Assembly: GCA_963706795.1 (NCBI GenBank)
Contig: OY970170.1
Coordinates: 810,001-842,000, forward strand
Source: Candidatus Saccharimonadota bacterium
GTDB lineage: Bacteria > Patescibacteriota > Gracilibacteria > BD1-5 > UBA2023
Direction of reading: 5' to 3'
DNA: 32,000 nucleotides
A program made the position numbers and the translations under genes. A model generated the notes under the pieces. It searched no databases. It was not told the DNA's origin and saw only the letters and a program-made list of their open reading frames with translations. Below are positions 1-9,820 of the stretch, in pieces; position 1 is the first letter of the stretch; each line of letters opens with the position of its first letter.

Positions 1-1
1 A

Positions 2-3000
2 ACAACGAGTGCTGCGACAGCAAACTCAGTAAAAACTCTCTGGGATAGTATCGTCGGCAAACTTACAGGAAGCGGAACCGTGAATTATATTCCAAAATTT
101 AACTCGACTGGATCAGTTGCAAACTCACAGATCTTTGATGACGGAACCTATGTTGGAGTCGGAACGCCAACACCTACCGAAAAATTCGAAGTCGCTGGAA
201 ATATCAAGCTCTCAGGAGGAGTACCTACCTACCGCATTACCAATCTCGCAAGCCCCATTGGTAATGATGATGCTGCGAATAAGGGGTATGTAGATACCAA
301 GGTTTCTGCAGCGGGAAGTGCAGTCTCAAACAGCTATCTCTCAAACGGATCCTACTATTCAGAAGGAGGATCGCCATATTTTTGTAAGCTCAACACACTC
401 GCAGGAACGGTCCAAAAGATCACTCCAGTCAATCAGAATCAACTCTGTGATACTGCGTCAAATCTCTATTGTAATGCAGGTCTCTGTAATGCTTCGGCAA
501 GTACTATTGCCTCTATCCGCAGTAGCAATCAGCTCGTAAGTGCGAAAGATGACAAGTCATGTTCGGTTAATAACGGGCAGGTCTACTGCTGGGGATATAC
601 TGGAAATGGTCAGAAATATCTCGGTCTCTCGCTTGCGGGTGTAAATGACAGTGGAAACGGACATACATGTGCACTTCTCTGAAATGGTCAGATCAAGTGT
701 TGGGGAACCAATACTTCTGGTCAGCTTGGGAATGGTACAAATTCAGCCTCGTCTATTCCAGTTTCGGTAAGTGGTATCTCAAATGCTATCAAGGTGGTAA
801 CAGGAAGCTCGATGTACAGCACCGCCAATGGTATGAGCTGTGCGCTCCTTGCTGATGGAACAATCAAGTGTTGGGGAAATAACGCAGTTGGCCAGCTCGG
901 CGATACAACTACGACCAATCGAAATACTCCCGTGAGCGTTTCGGGTATCTCAAATGCAATCGATATCGCCATCGGAAATCCAAATGCATCAGCAAGTGCG
1001 ACGGTTTGTGCTGTACTCTCAACAGGTGGAGTAAAGTGCTGGGGATACGGAGGAAATGGTCAGCTCTGAAATGCTGCAAGCTCAAATAGTGCTACACCAG
1101 TAACAGTAAGTAGTCTCACAAATGCACTCCGTATTTATGCATCTGGAGTAGCGGATACCACAAATGGAACAATGTGTGCTCTCATTTCAGACGGTACGAT
1201 AAAGTGCTGGGGTACGCTTCCAGGTGCGAATAGTGCAACGGCTGTGTCTGGTATTACGAATGCAGTTGATCTCTCGATTAGTAACTCGAATGGAAGTTCA
1301 TCTTTTGCTTGTGCAGTCCTCGCAACTGGTTCGATCAAGTGTTGGGGAACAAATGGTTACGGGCAGCTCTGAGATGGAACACAAACAAACTCAGCCACTC
1401 CTGTAACGGTTGCTGGTATCTCAAATGCGCTCAAGGTCTATACCTCTATGAGTGCTGCAGGTACAGCCTATGCCTATGCCTGTGCGCTCCTTGCAGATGG
1501 TACCATCAAATGTTGGGGAAATGAAGTAAGTGGACAATTTGGAGATGGAACAGCCAGTGCTCTCAGACTCACGCCAGTAACAGTAAATGGTATCACGAAT
1601 GCAATTGATCTCTCAATTGCTCAAACTTCTGGATCTGATGGATCATCATTTGCCTGTGCGACACTCGCAAATGGTCAGGTAAAATGTTGGGGAGCTGCTA
1701 GCGTAAATCAGCTTGGATATGCCTCTACGACAACCGCAACGTCGCCAGTAACTGTACAGGGGATTTTTACTGCTCAAAAAGTATTCGTAACAGGAAATTC
1801 ATCATCATCGACAGTTTCACAATGATATGCCTGTGCTATCCTTGCAGAAGGTGGTATCTCATGTTGGGGACAAAATTCTGACGGTCAGCTCGGAGATAAT
1901 ACAACTGCTAACAAGACCACTGCTACACCGGTGTATTCTGCGAATGGTCTCTATTATACGGGTATTGGAAACCTCACTGCTGATAAGATGAGTCCAGAAC
2001 TCCAGGGTGGATTTACGGCAGCGACAGGAGTTGCCGCGGGTTCATTTCATACATGTGCAATCGATAGTGGAGTTGTAAAATGTTGGGGAACCAACGCCGA
2101 AGGTCAGCTCGGTAATGGTACAACTACTAACTCAACTGCACCAGTTACCGTCACCGGTATCTCCAATGCGAAGCTCATTGCTTCTGGATATATGCATACA
2201 TGTGCAATCCTCACGGATTCGACTGTTCGATGTTGGGGGCTTAATACCGAAGGTCAGCTCGGTAATGGTACTACTACAACCTCTTCGAGTCCTGTAACAG
2301 TTACTGGTATATCAACCGCCGTTGAAATCTCAGCGAGTGATTATGGTACATGTGCGGTTCTCGCAGATGGTACGACAAAGTGTTGGGGGCTCAATACTAA
2401 GGGGCAACTCGGACTTGGTGCTCTTGGTGCTGCAATGAGTAGTTCACCGACAACAGCTTCTGGTGTTACAAATGCAACAAAGATTGCGTCAGGTGCAGAC
2501 CATACATGTATCGTCACAGGAAGTGGTGCTGTGCAGTGTTGGGGTGTCGGAACCTATGGTCAGCTCGGAACAAGTCTCGCAGCGGGATATACCTACACAC
2601 CTACAACGATCTCCGGTATCTCTACCGCGAGTCGTGTCGGAGCGGGCGCAAATCATACGTGCGCCGTCCTCTCTGATGGAACTGCAAAGTGTTGGGGGCT
2701 CAACTCTAATTCACAACTTTCGTCTTCGAGCTACTTCTCAACCAATGTACCAACTATCTCTTTTGTGGGAGCAAGCCTCTTGGCAATGGCTGGAGGAAAC
2801 AATCACAGCTGTACCATCACGACTGACCTTTGAAATGTGAGCTGTACAGGAGGAAACAATCACGGACAAGTAGGAAATAGTTCGGCTGTGGCTTCTAGTA
2901 AGCAGACAGCGATCACATATCCAACGGGTATTGATCCTGCAGCGAGTACGTATTCTCTTGCACTCTGTGAAACCCGAGACGCATATAATGGAAATCTCTG

Positions 3001-3316
3001 AGGCGTTGAATGAGCGAATGGACTCTGTGCTTCGCAGTGTGGTTCTGGATATAAATTTGCGAGAGTTTCTGAGCTTGCAAACTTCAATTCATCGACAGAT
3101 TCGAGTACGGCTTCATTGTTTTATTGGGTGGATGGTGGTGCGATACAGACAAGTGGACCAAGTTCCATAGGTACCTGTTCACAATGGACGAGTTCACTTA
3201 CCGCACTCTATGGATATACTGTCAATTATACGAGCTCAACAAACAATAGGGTAGTCGGTTGAAACACGTCATGTAACAATCAAAAACCACTCCTCTGTGT
3301 CCGAGGCGTCCGTTAA
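2..3316 (+). CDS. Giant RCC1-repeat (beta-propeller) surface/secreted protein, 5'-partial, with a tail-fibre-like N-terminal region and a Cys-containing DUF1554/endostatin-like C-terminal domain
   Basis: Frame 2 is open from base 2 to TAA 3314-3316 once the eight in-frame TGAs (680, 1067, 1370, 1823, 2831, 2999, 3011, 3260) are read as sense. This joins track ORFs 80-682, 794-1069, 1172-1372, 1448-1825 and 1931-2833. There are about 15 copies of the RCC1 signature CAxLxDGxxKCWGxNxxGQLG. The N-terminus (SGTVNYIPKFNSTG..., DAANKGYVD) resembles tail-fibre/adhesin stalk motifs. The C-terminus (YNGNL-G-GVE-G-ANGLC ... CNNQKPLLCV) resembles the DUF1554/endostatin pattern. Confidence 0.85.
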
Positions 3317-3331
3317 TCATTTGCGTTCTTC

Positions 3332-3355
3332 AAGCCTCAGAATATTCTGAGGCTT
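3332..3355 (+). terminator. Rho-independent terminator-like hairpin after the RCC1 gene
   Basis: Perfect 10-bp stem AAGCCTCAGA / TCTGAGGCTT with a 4-nt loop ATAT, 16 nt after the stop codon, followed by a T-containing tail. Confidence 0.6.
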
Positions 3356-3381
3356 GATTGCTCTTTCATCCTCATTTTCAC

Positions 3382-4446
3382 ATGAAACACATCACACAAC
3401 ACCTCGATAAAAAATACATTCCGTGGATTGCATGAGCGCTTTTTGTACTCGCTATTATTGGGCTATATATGGTAGGTGGGCCTCGTGATACAGGAGATAC
3501 AATGACTACAGGTGTGACTGAACAAAATATCCAAAAACCTTCGCCATATCCGACGATTATGACATTGGTATCAAATGAATATCGTAATGATGAGTTCTTT
3601 GTGAGCTGTGAAACTGAGCGTGTAAATGCATGTATTAAGGCGCATGTAACAGAGACATTTGTCGTGACAGGTCCGTTTGTCGACCAGATGAATCTGCTTC
3701 TCCAAAAAAATCTCCAAAATGAGCAACTCGATAATTGTGTGAGTGATAGTGTAAGTGCCTGCTCGGATATGGCTATCAAAAATAAGATGCAAAAGACTCC
3801 GTCTGAGGATGGTTGTCGGTCATATATAGATCCTGCAATTCGCAAAAATTGTTATGATGATCTCTATCCAAAACTCGCACTTCAAAATGACGATATTCGT
3901 CTCTGTGATAAGCTTACTGATATATTCCATGTAAACGGCTGTCAGGATGCATATAACACCCATAAGGCTGTAAAAACCAAGGATATCTCATGGTGTATGC
4001 GTCTTTCGGTGGATTATGCACAAGAGAATTGTAAGAGAAGTTTTGCTCTTGGTGTTGCTCTTGATAGTGGGGATGTCACCTCATGCACGAAGTACTCAGA
4101 TCCACCCGTTGTTCCAGAATGTGTAAAGAATTTTATTACACAGAAGGTCTTTACCTTAGATGCGAGCAACTGTAAAAAGATTGATGATTACGCTTCATAT
4201 TTCGCAAATAAAACTGATCTTGAGTCTCTCTATATCGACTGTGCGGCACAGGCAACTTCGACACGTCTCATGGAACTCGTACGTGACGGTATGAAAAATA
4301 CTGCAAAGATCGATGAATTCCGCGCGATTTGTAATGATCTCACCAATACAAAGGCCAAGACAATCTGTCTACGAAGCCTCGATGATGCTATCGCTGTAGC
4401 ACAAAAAAATACAAATCCTGCACCCGCAACTCCCAAAACTCCGTAA
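3382..4446 (+). CDS. Membrane-anchored Cys-rich hypothetical protein
   Basis: ATG 3382 is in frame with track ORF 3469-4446 through one TGA (3433-3435). The N-terminus MKHITQHLDKKYIPWIA-G-ALFVLAIIGLYMV forms a TM anchor. Cys pairs recur about 20 residues apart (NCYDD...LCDKL, GCQDA...WCMRL, NCKRS...SCTKY, ECVKN...NCKKI). The tail is Pro/Thr-rich (NPAPATPKTP). Confidence 0.7.
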
Positions 4447-4448
4447 AT

Positions 4449-5024
4449 ATGGATAAATACCTTACAGCTTTTAAATCCCTTCCGACATCCCACAAGATGA
4501 TGCTGGGAGGGATTTTGCTTGCTTGCTTTTGAGTATTTTTGTTTTTTAGGGGATGTACGCCACAAGTGGCTTCTGAGGATTTGAGTCGCTATACAATGCT
4601 CGTCAAAGATGTTGATGGAACCTCGATGGAACCTCTCATCAAAAACGGATCAAAAATCCTGCTCGCAACCGACTACTACAAAGACAAAAAAGTGGCAAAA
4701 CGATGAGATATCGTCGCATATGACTATCCTTGAAATACTCACCCGCTCATCAAAATCATTAAAGCAACAAGCGAAGACACTGTTGCTATCGATCAAAATG
4801 AACAAGATCTCATTATCAATGGTGTGCCTCTCCAAAATTCAGCCGGTCGGTACTATCGCTTTTCACAGCAGGAGCTGAGGATGCTTGGGCTCTATGTCAA
4901 AGATGGACATATTCCGCCTGAGAGCTATCTCATTTTTGGGGACAATGTCATGAATAGCATAGATTCACGCAAATTTGGTGCTGTTTCTCTCGAGAATTTT
5001 AAGGGAAGATTTTTTATCCAATAG
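4449..5024 (+). CDS. lepB: Signal peptidase I (S26 family)
   Basis: Frame 3 is open from ATG 4449 to TAG 5022-5024 with three in-frame TGAs. There is an N-terminal TM segment, the catalytic-Ser box GTSMEPLIKNGS, KR-(TGA 4704-4706)-DIVAY matching the conserved RGD(I/V)V box, IKIIKA, and a C-terminal GDNVMNSIDSRKFGAV box. Confidence 0.9.
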
Positions 5025-5135
5025 GTTCTCCGTCTCTTTCTCAACACATTCTGACCAATCGACAAGCAGTCTGGATTTGATTAAGCGCGAAGTATTCCGA
5101 TACTTTTGTCGATTTGTATATCTTCTCTCCTTACT

Positions 5136-5435
5136 ATGTTCAACCCGAGTTCACTCAGCAAAAAACAACAGATCGTCATTGGAATATGGCTTGTATTCAG
5201 TGTCCTCTATGTCATCTATGATATCTGGACCGGCTTTAAGGTAGGTATCCTCGAAAACTCATACACCGCCGGTAAGACTGACACAGCACGCGCGCTCATC
5301 GAACAGGCTGAAAACCCTGACTGTAAGCCATTCAACGTGTATGTTGGAAGCAAAAAGGTCGACCTCATCAATATTCGATGTCTTCAGCCAAATGGCGCAA
5401 ATACTCAGCCGGTAGCACCTGCAACACCAAAATAG
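5136..5435 (+). CDS. Small membrane-anchored hypothetical protein
   Basis: ATG 5136 lies within track ORF 5106-5435. There is a TM segment IVIGIWLVFSVLYVIYDIW, a small two-Cys ectodomain, and the C-terminal tail PVAPATPK. Confidence 0.55.
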   Translation: MFNPSSLSKKQQIVIGIWLVFSVLYVIYDIWTGFKVGILENSYTAGKTDTARALIEQAENPDCKPFNVYVGSKKVDLINIRCLQPNGANTQPVAPATPK

Positions 5436-5444
5436 TCTGAAAGA

Positions 5445-5894
5445 CTAGTAAGTTCCACGAATGAGTTCGCGCACTTCGCCTTTGATGACTTGTTTTTTGA
5501 CGGGAAGTGTATCACTCTTGTCTACATAGAAGAGCTGTGTGTAGACGGTGCCTGCAAATGAGCCGGTATTTGATACCCATTCGCCTCGGCGGTCAATATA
5601 CTTGTATTGTTCAGTGAGCGCGCCTGTCATGATTGTAAAACGATTGTTGGCAGTATCTTTGTAGAGAGCAAAAATCCCTTTTTCGGTCACACTGGAAGTA
5701 TCGATTTTACGTACCGCATTGATGCCATTGTTTTGCAAGATATAGAGCATCTCATTGCGTGCATAGGTATCTTCGTTTTCGTAGTGTGCTGAGATGATAC
5801 GCGCCATACTTCCGATGACTATGGCGATGATGAGGGCTCAGACAATGACACTGACGAGCGTTTCTCCGCGAGTATCGAGGTGGATGCGATTCAT
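5445..5894 (-). CDS. Pilin/pseudopilin-like protein with an atypical N-terminal motif
   Basis: Minus-strand ATG at 5894 joins through one TGA (5838-5840) to track ORF 5445-5807. The N-terminus MNRIHLDTRGETLVSVIV-G-ALIIAIVIG resembles a prepilin leader plus hydrophobic helix, but reads G-ETLVS rather than G-FTLxE. Confidence 0.45.
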
Positions 5895-5957
5895 ATTCAC
5901 AGAAAAAACGATAAAATGTGTCTCGTGACATAGGGTACTGATTTTTTTTAAAAAAAC

Positions 5958-6605
5958 ATGACAAATCGCTCGTTCGTTTCGAAGACCAGCCAAAAAGGAT
6001 TTACTATTGTCGAAATCATCATCTCGCTCGCTATTGCAGCCCTTGTGATCGTATGAGTTTCGTTTTTTGTTTCGCGTGTGAATTCTGATATCGAGAGTAC
6101 AAAAAATCGTACTCAGGTCCATATCGACATCACTGCTTTCATCGAAAAAATGAATTTTATCCGCACAAATTTCTCAAGCGGAAGCGTGGTCGTGAGTGGT
6201 ACTGATCAATATAATGTCGTACTCTTCACAAATACTGGTGGGACGAGCGGAGCATTAATCGGCGTGGTAGATGCAGATAATACGAATGCGAGCGGAGCGA
6301 CATTTCTTGATCCATCGAGTGCCTTTGGTACATACGGCAACAAAGTGCTTGGGATTACGGAGCTCACAAAATCGCAAGTGCAGGCCATCGTAACATCCAC
6401 TGGCGCAGTATATACGATACCTTTCCGTGCAAATAAGATATACTCTGCTCTTCCGGTCATGGATTTTGTGGCAAATACGTATAATTCTGGCACTCTTTTA
6501 GAGATTGACACCAATGTCTACGAAAAATACCTCGAGCCAGCAAAATGAACATTGGTGAGTCGTGTAAATACGAGTGATATCCTTCCTTTCCATCTTATTT
6601 TTTAG
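5958..6605 (+). CDS. Type IV pilin-like protein (prepilin-type N-terminal cleavage/methylation motif)
   Basis: ATG 5958. The N-terminus MTNRSFVSKTSQKGFTIVEIIISLAIAALVIV matches the KG|FT(L/I)(I/V)E prepilin motif. It is in frame with track ORF 6078-6548 through TGA 6054-6056 and continues past TGA 6546-6548 to TAG 6603-6605. Confidence 0.8.
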
Positions 6606-7802
6606 ATGAAAAATCCCTGATCGCGCGGTAGTATTTTTATATATGCGATTTTGCTTGCGAATTTTGCACTCATTGTCGCGTATATCATCTTTTCGAGTGC
6701 TCAAGAACTCGTCGAAAATCGACGTTATTCCGAACTTGGGGCAAAACTCTCCAAAAACATTGAAGAAAAAGCAGACTCTGCCTTTGATTACGCATCCTCT
6801 CTCAATAACAATGGAAGCGGTTTTACGGACACAAAAACCTGTCCTTCTGTCTCTATGAGCGGATCTGCTAGCAGCAGTACCTATACTGAGACGATCGTCA
6901 CTTCTCCATTTTTTGATGGCACATCCTATAGCTGCTCGGGTGCAAGTACAGGTTTCCCATGAAAGACGCTCAAATTGACTTATAATCCTGCGTACTCGTC
7001 ATTTTCGGGTGTAAGTTTTTTAAATATTCAAACGCTTCTTACTGGTACGAGCACGCTTACTGCGACACTTCCAGATACCGATGCGACCGTTGTTACGATG
7101 AGTAATACTGGTGCGCTGTCGGGTATTGATGCGAACGCAAATTCGGACGATTGTAGATATTCTTCGACAGGTACTTTGGCTTATCCAGACAACAAGATGG
7201 ATGATGATGACCTTGCGCGCAAGGTCATGTATGGCTATGTCCGAAATAATTCCGGTTGGCGTCTCGTGTATTGGAATACACCGACTGTGACCAGTTATAT
7301 CCATAAAAATCTCAATAATACTGGCTCGCTTGCACTTTTCCCTGATAGCTCGGTCTATGCATCTATCTACCTCGATGCGGATGCACCATTTTCGATAAAA
7401 ATCGTCGAGTTTGATAGCGGGAGTTATCTTAAAACCAAGGATCTCAGACCACAAAGTGTCCTCGAAAAAACCTTTACAGGAGGCCAGATCGGATATCTCC
7501 AAAATGATCTCAGCTTTTTTTCCGGCTCGACCAATACGCTCAAATTTGATCTAAAAAGCCACAATTATGGCATATTTCTCTCTGGCACAGGTGCTGATGG
7601 ATCGTTTTTAAGATATCAATTTTCAATGAAGGACCCAAGCGGAACACCTTTCTACATAAATGCGCTCGATGATTCTGATGCAAACGTCCTCAAATACCTC
7701 GGTAATGACATTATTATCGATAGCGAAAACCACTTCTCAAGCAAGGAATACGAAGTCACACGAGAGACATGGCATGTCGGATCGAATAGCTGTGCGAGAT
7801 AG
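6606..7802 (+). CDS. Large pilus-associated (PilX/minor-pilin-like) hypothetical protein
   Basis: ATG 6606 directly abuts the pilin stop. It joins track ORFs 6651-6962 and 6975-7802 through TGAs at 6618 and 6960. The N-terminus MKNP-G-SRGSIFIYAILLANFALIVAYIIF is like the RGS + hydrophobic-helix starts of PilX/ComGG-type minor pilins. The remainder is a Ser/Thr-rich ectodomain. Confidence 0.55.
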
Positions 7803-7831
7803 CCTTTGTAGTCCGAAAAAACTCAAAAAAC

Positions 7832-7860
7832 TTGATAACGAACTCTGGATACGATAGAAT
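7832..7860 (+). promoter_or_regulatory. Sigma-70-like promoter candidate upstream of the cNMP-binding gene
   Basis: TTGATA (7832-7837), a 17-nt spacer, then TAGAAT (7855-7860), about 68 nt upstream of ATG 7928. Pattern match only. Confidence 0.35.
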
Positions 7861-7927
7861 TTTTTTAATCATTTTAGACGGTCTCCGACGAATAATATTC
7901 CTTTTTCTATTGTCTCAATATCCCCCT

Positions 7928-8359
7928 ATGAATCAGGCAGCCATGCTCGAGGTATTATCCTCGTCCCCCGCATTTCGTAAAGGAAGTGCGTGACTCCTGG
8001 AGTCGATTTGTCGCGACTCAAGCATCAAAGAATTCAAAATAAAAACCGAAATCATGCGCGAAGGTGCGGGTCCAGGCGAAGAATGATATATCATCCTCGA
8101 GGGTTCCGCTGATGTATTCATCTGAGGTGAACATGTGACCACTCTTCGTCGTGGAGAAGTCTTTGGAGAATATGCGCCGATTTTTAGACACAATCGCACG
8201 GCCACTATCATCACGAATACCGCCCTTAAATGTCTTGTTCTCGACAAAAGAAGCCTCCTCCAACTTATTGGTCACGGCGCTGGTCTCAATAGTATCATCT
8301 TCCGACGAATCGACGAGAACCGCAAAAACAATCGTGGTATCTTTAAAAATCACTCATAA
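7928..8359 (+). CDS. Stand-alone cyclic-nucleotide-binding (cNMP/Crp-like) domain protein
   Basis: ATG 7928 to TAA 8357-8359 with three in-frame TGAs. The motif string F..G..IMREG..GEE-G-YIILEGSADVFI-G-GEHVTTLRRGEVFGEYA...RHNRTATIITNTALKCLVLDK fits the cNMP-binding beta-barrel (FGE...R(T/S)A phosphate-binding cassette). No DNA-binding or other output domain is attached. Confidence 0.75.
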
Positions 8360-8393
8360 AAACATCCAAGCCTATAGGCTTGGATGTTTTTTT
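8358..8393. terminator. Bidirectional A/T-flanked terminator hairpin between convergent genes
   Basis: AAAAACATCCAAGCC-TATA-GGCTTGGATGTTTTT. The 12-bp GC-containing stem has an A-run before it and a T-run after it, so either strand yields a stem followed by a U-tract. It overlaps the last codons of the minus-strand glycosyltransferase. Confidence 0.7.
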
Positions 8394-9610
8394 AATGAGA
8401 TCAGGATCTTGAGCGAATCGATGTGTTCTATACTCAGGGCAATAGTCGCTGCATGCTTGGCTGCAATAAGTCCGTCATAAATTTTAATATACTCCGCAAT
8501 AATTTTTCATGATCGAAATGCTTCTGAAGTAACCACTGCCGCAGCTGCCATGAGGATGCGCTTACTCTGGTTATGGATAATCTCATCTATTCTCACTTGC
8601 ATCTCTTCGAGCGAATCAACAATAAAGCCATTTACCCCATTTTTGATAATCTCAGGTACGACTCAAAAAGCAAAAACGATGGGAATGAGGCCCTGCGACA
8701 TCGCTTCAATAAGACTCAGACAAAATCCCTCATACATGGAAGCATTGAGATAAATATCTCCATAGTGCTTTTGGAGCAATTTTGGAATCTTTTCTTTTGC
8801 GACACTCAGATGCGTATCCGTACCGACTATCTGATTAAAGAAGCGCTGATATTCTGCAGTTTTGTGACACATTCCAATAATGACCTTGTGGGCATTTGGA
8901 TACTTCCTAAAAATATAAATAAGCCTGAGGAGTCATTTGAGTTTTACGGTGAACTCGTCATTTCAGAGACGTCCAAGATAGACGAGATGTGCCATCTCTT
9001 TTACCTGACTTCTTCGGGTATTTACAAACCAATAGTCCTCAATCGCATTGTGGATGAGGTGGATTTTATTCCGTGGAACATCATGCTTAATGAGCTCGAG
9101 TCTGACTTTTTCGGAGGTGGCGATGACGGCATCACTCTTCTTGGCTACATATATCTCGATCTTTGAGATATCCTTTAGGGGCTTGAGTGGATCAATGCTT
9201 GGGGATATAATGCCTGCCACATGTAATTCTTGCAGGATAGTTGCGAGTTCTGGATGTTCTTTTTTGAGCGCATTTGCAGAAGGAACTGCCGCTAAAAAAC
9301 CCGCTGTGGTCGATCCAAAATGCGAGATAATAGGGATTCCCGCACCTATAAAGGCGAGTGGCGTGTAGGTCGTACCTTGGATAATATCGTAGTGCTTATT
9401 TGTGTCCTGACGCTTAATGAGCGAATGAAAAAAGAGAATATTTGCAATGCCGGCGAGTTCCTTGGAGAGCAGATCAATGCTTTCTTCGGGATAGAGCTTG
9501 TCTACCTCATAGCCGCTTTGCTCGAGACTCTCGATAATAGTCTCATTTATATAGTGGGCTCCTGTTTTAAATTTCTTTTCTGTGTGAATGAATAAGATAT
9601 TTTTGCTCAT
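8372..9610 (-). CDS. Glycosyltransferase, GT4/GT-B family
   Basis: Minus-strand ATG at 9610. Track ORFs 8963-9610 and 8663-8872 plus intervening segments are joined by four TGAs (8963, 8933, 8663, 8507), ending at TAG 8372-8374. It carries the GT-B C-terminal signature ...YLNASMYEGFCLSLIEAMSQGLIPIV... (the E-x-F-G/EAMA-type box) and LVYLGRL-G-. Confidence 0.8.
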
Positions 9611-9820
9611 GATCGGTATTTAAAGAATTAAATACTTTCATTTTTACAATTGAAAAGTCGCAGGATAGGAGCATCCTCAGGAAACAACAAAAGTGCGGAG
9701 AAAGAATTTACGAACGTCTGCCGTCACTGTTTCGTCTTGAGAAAGCATGTCATTTTACGTCTAAACGGTCTTTCTGCAACTCGCTTCTGTCTGCGTATAT
9801 TTGCCAACTATTTATCCTAT

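Noticed and set aside
560-2830. Periodic ~150-160-nt repetition as a non-coding tandem repeat or CRISPR-like array
   Set aside because: The repeats are in-frame RCC1 blades with divergent nucleotide sequence. There are no identical direct repeats or unique spacers.
9611-9820. The 210-bp gap between the glycosyltransferase and the acyltransferase as a hidden small gene or ncRNA, including the upstream extension of track ORF 9650-10159
   Set aside because: The upstream-extended translation (MKSRRIGASSGNNK...CRHCFVLRK) has no membrane or acyltransferase character. MTTSARPLIGLSGLRLIA at 9821 fits the family start. I found no tRNA-like or strongly structured element.
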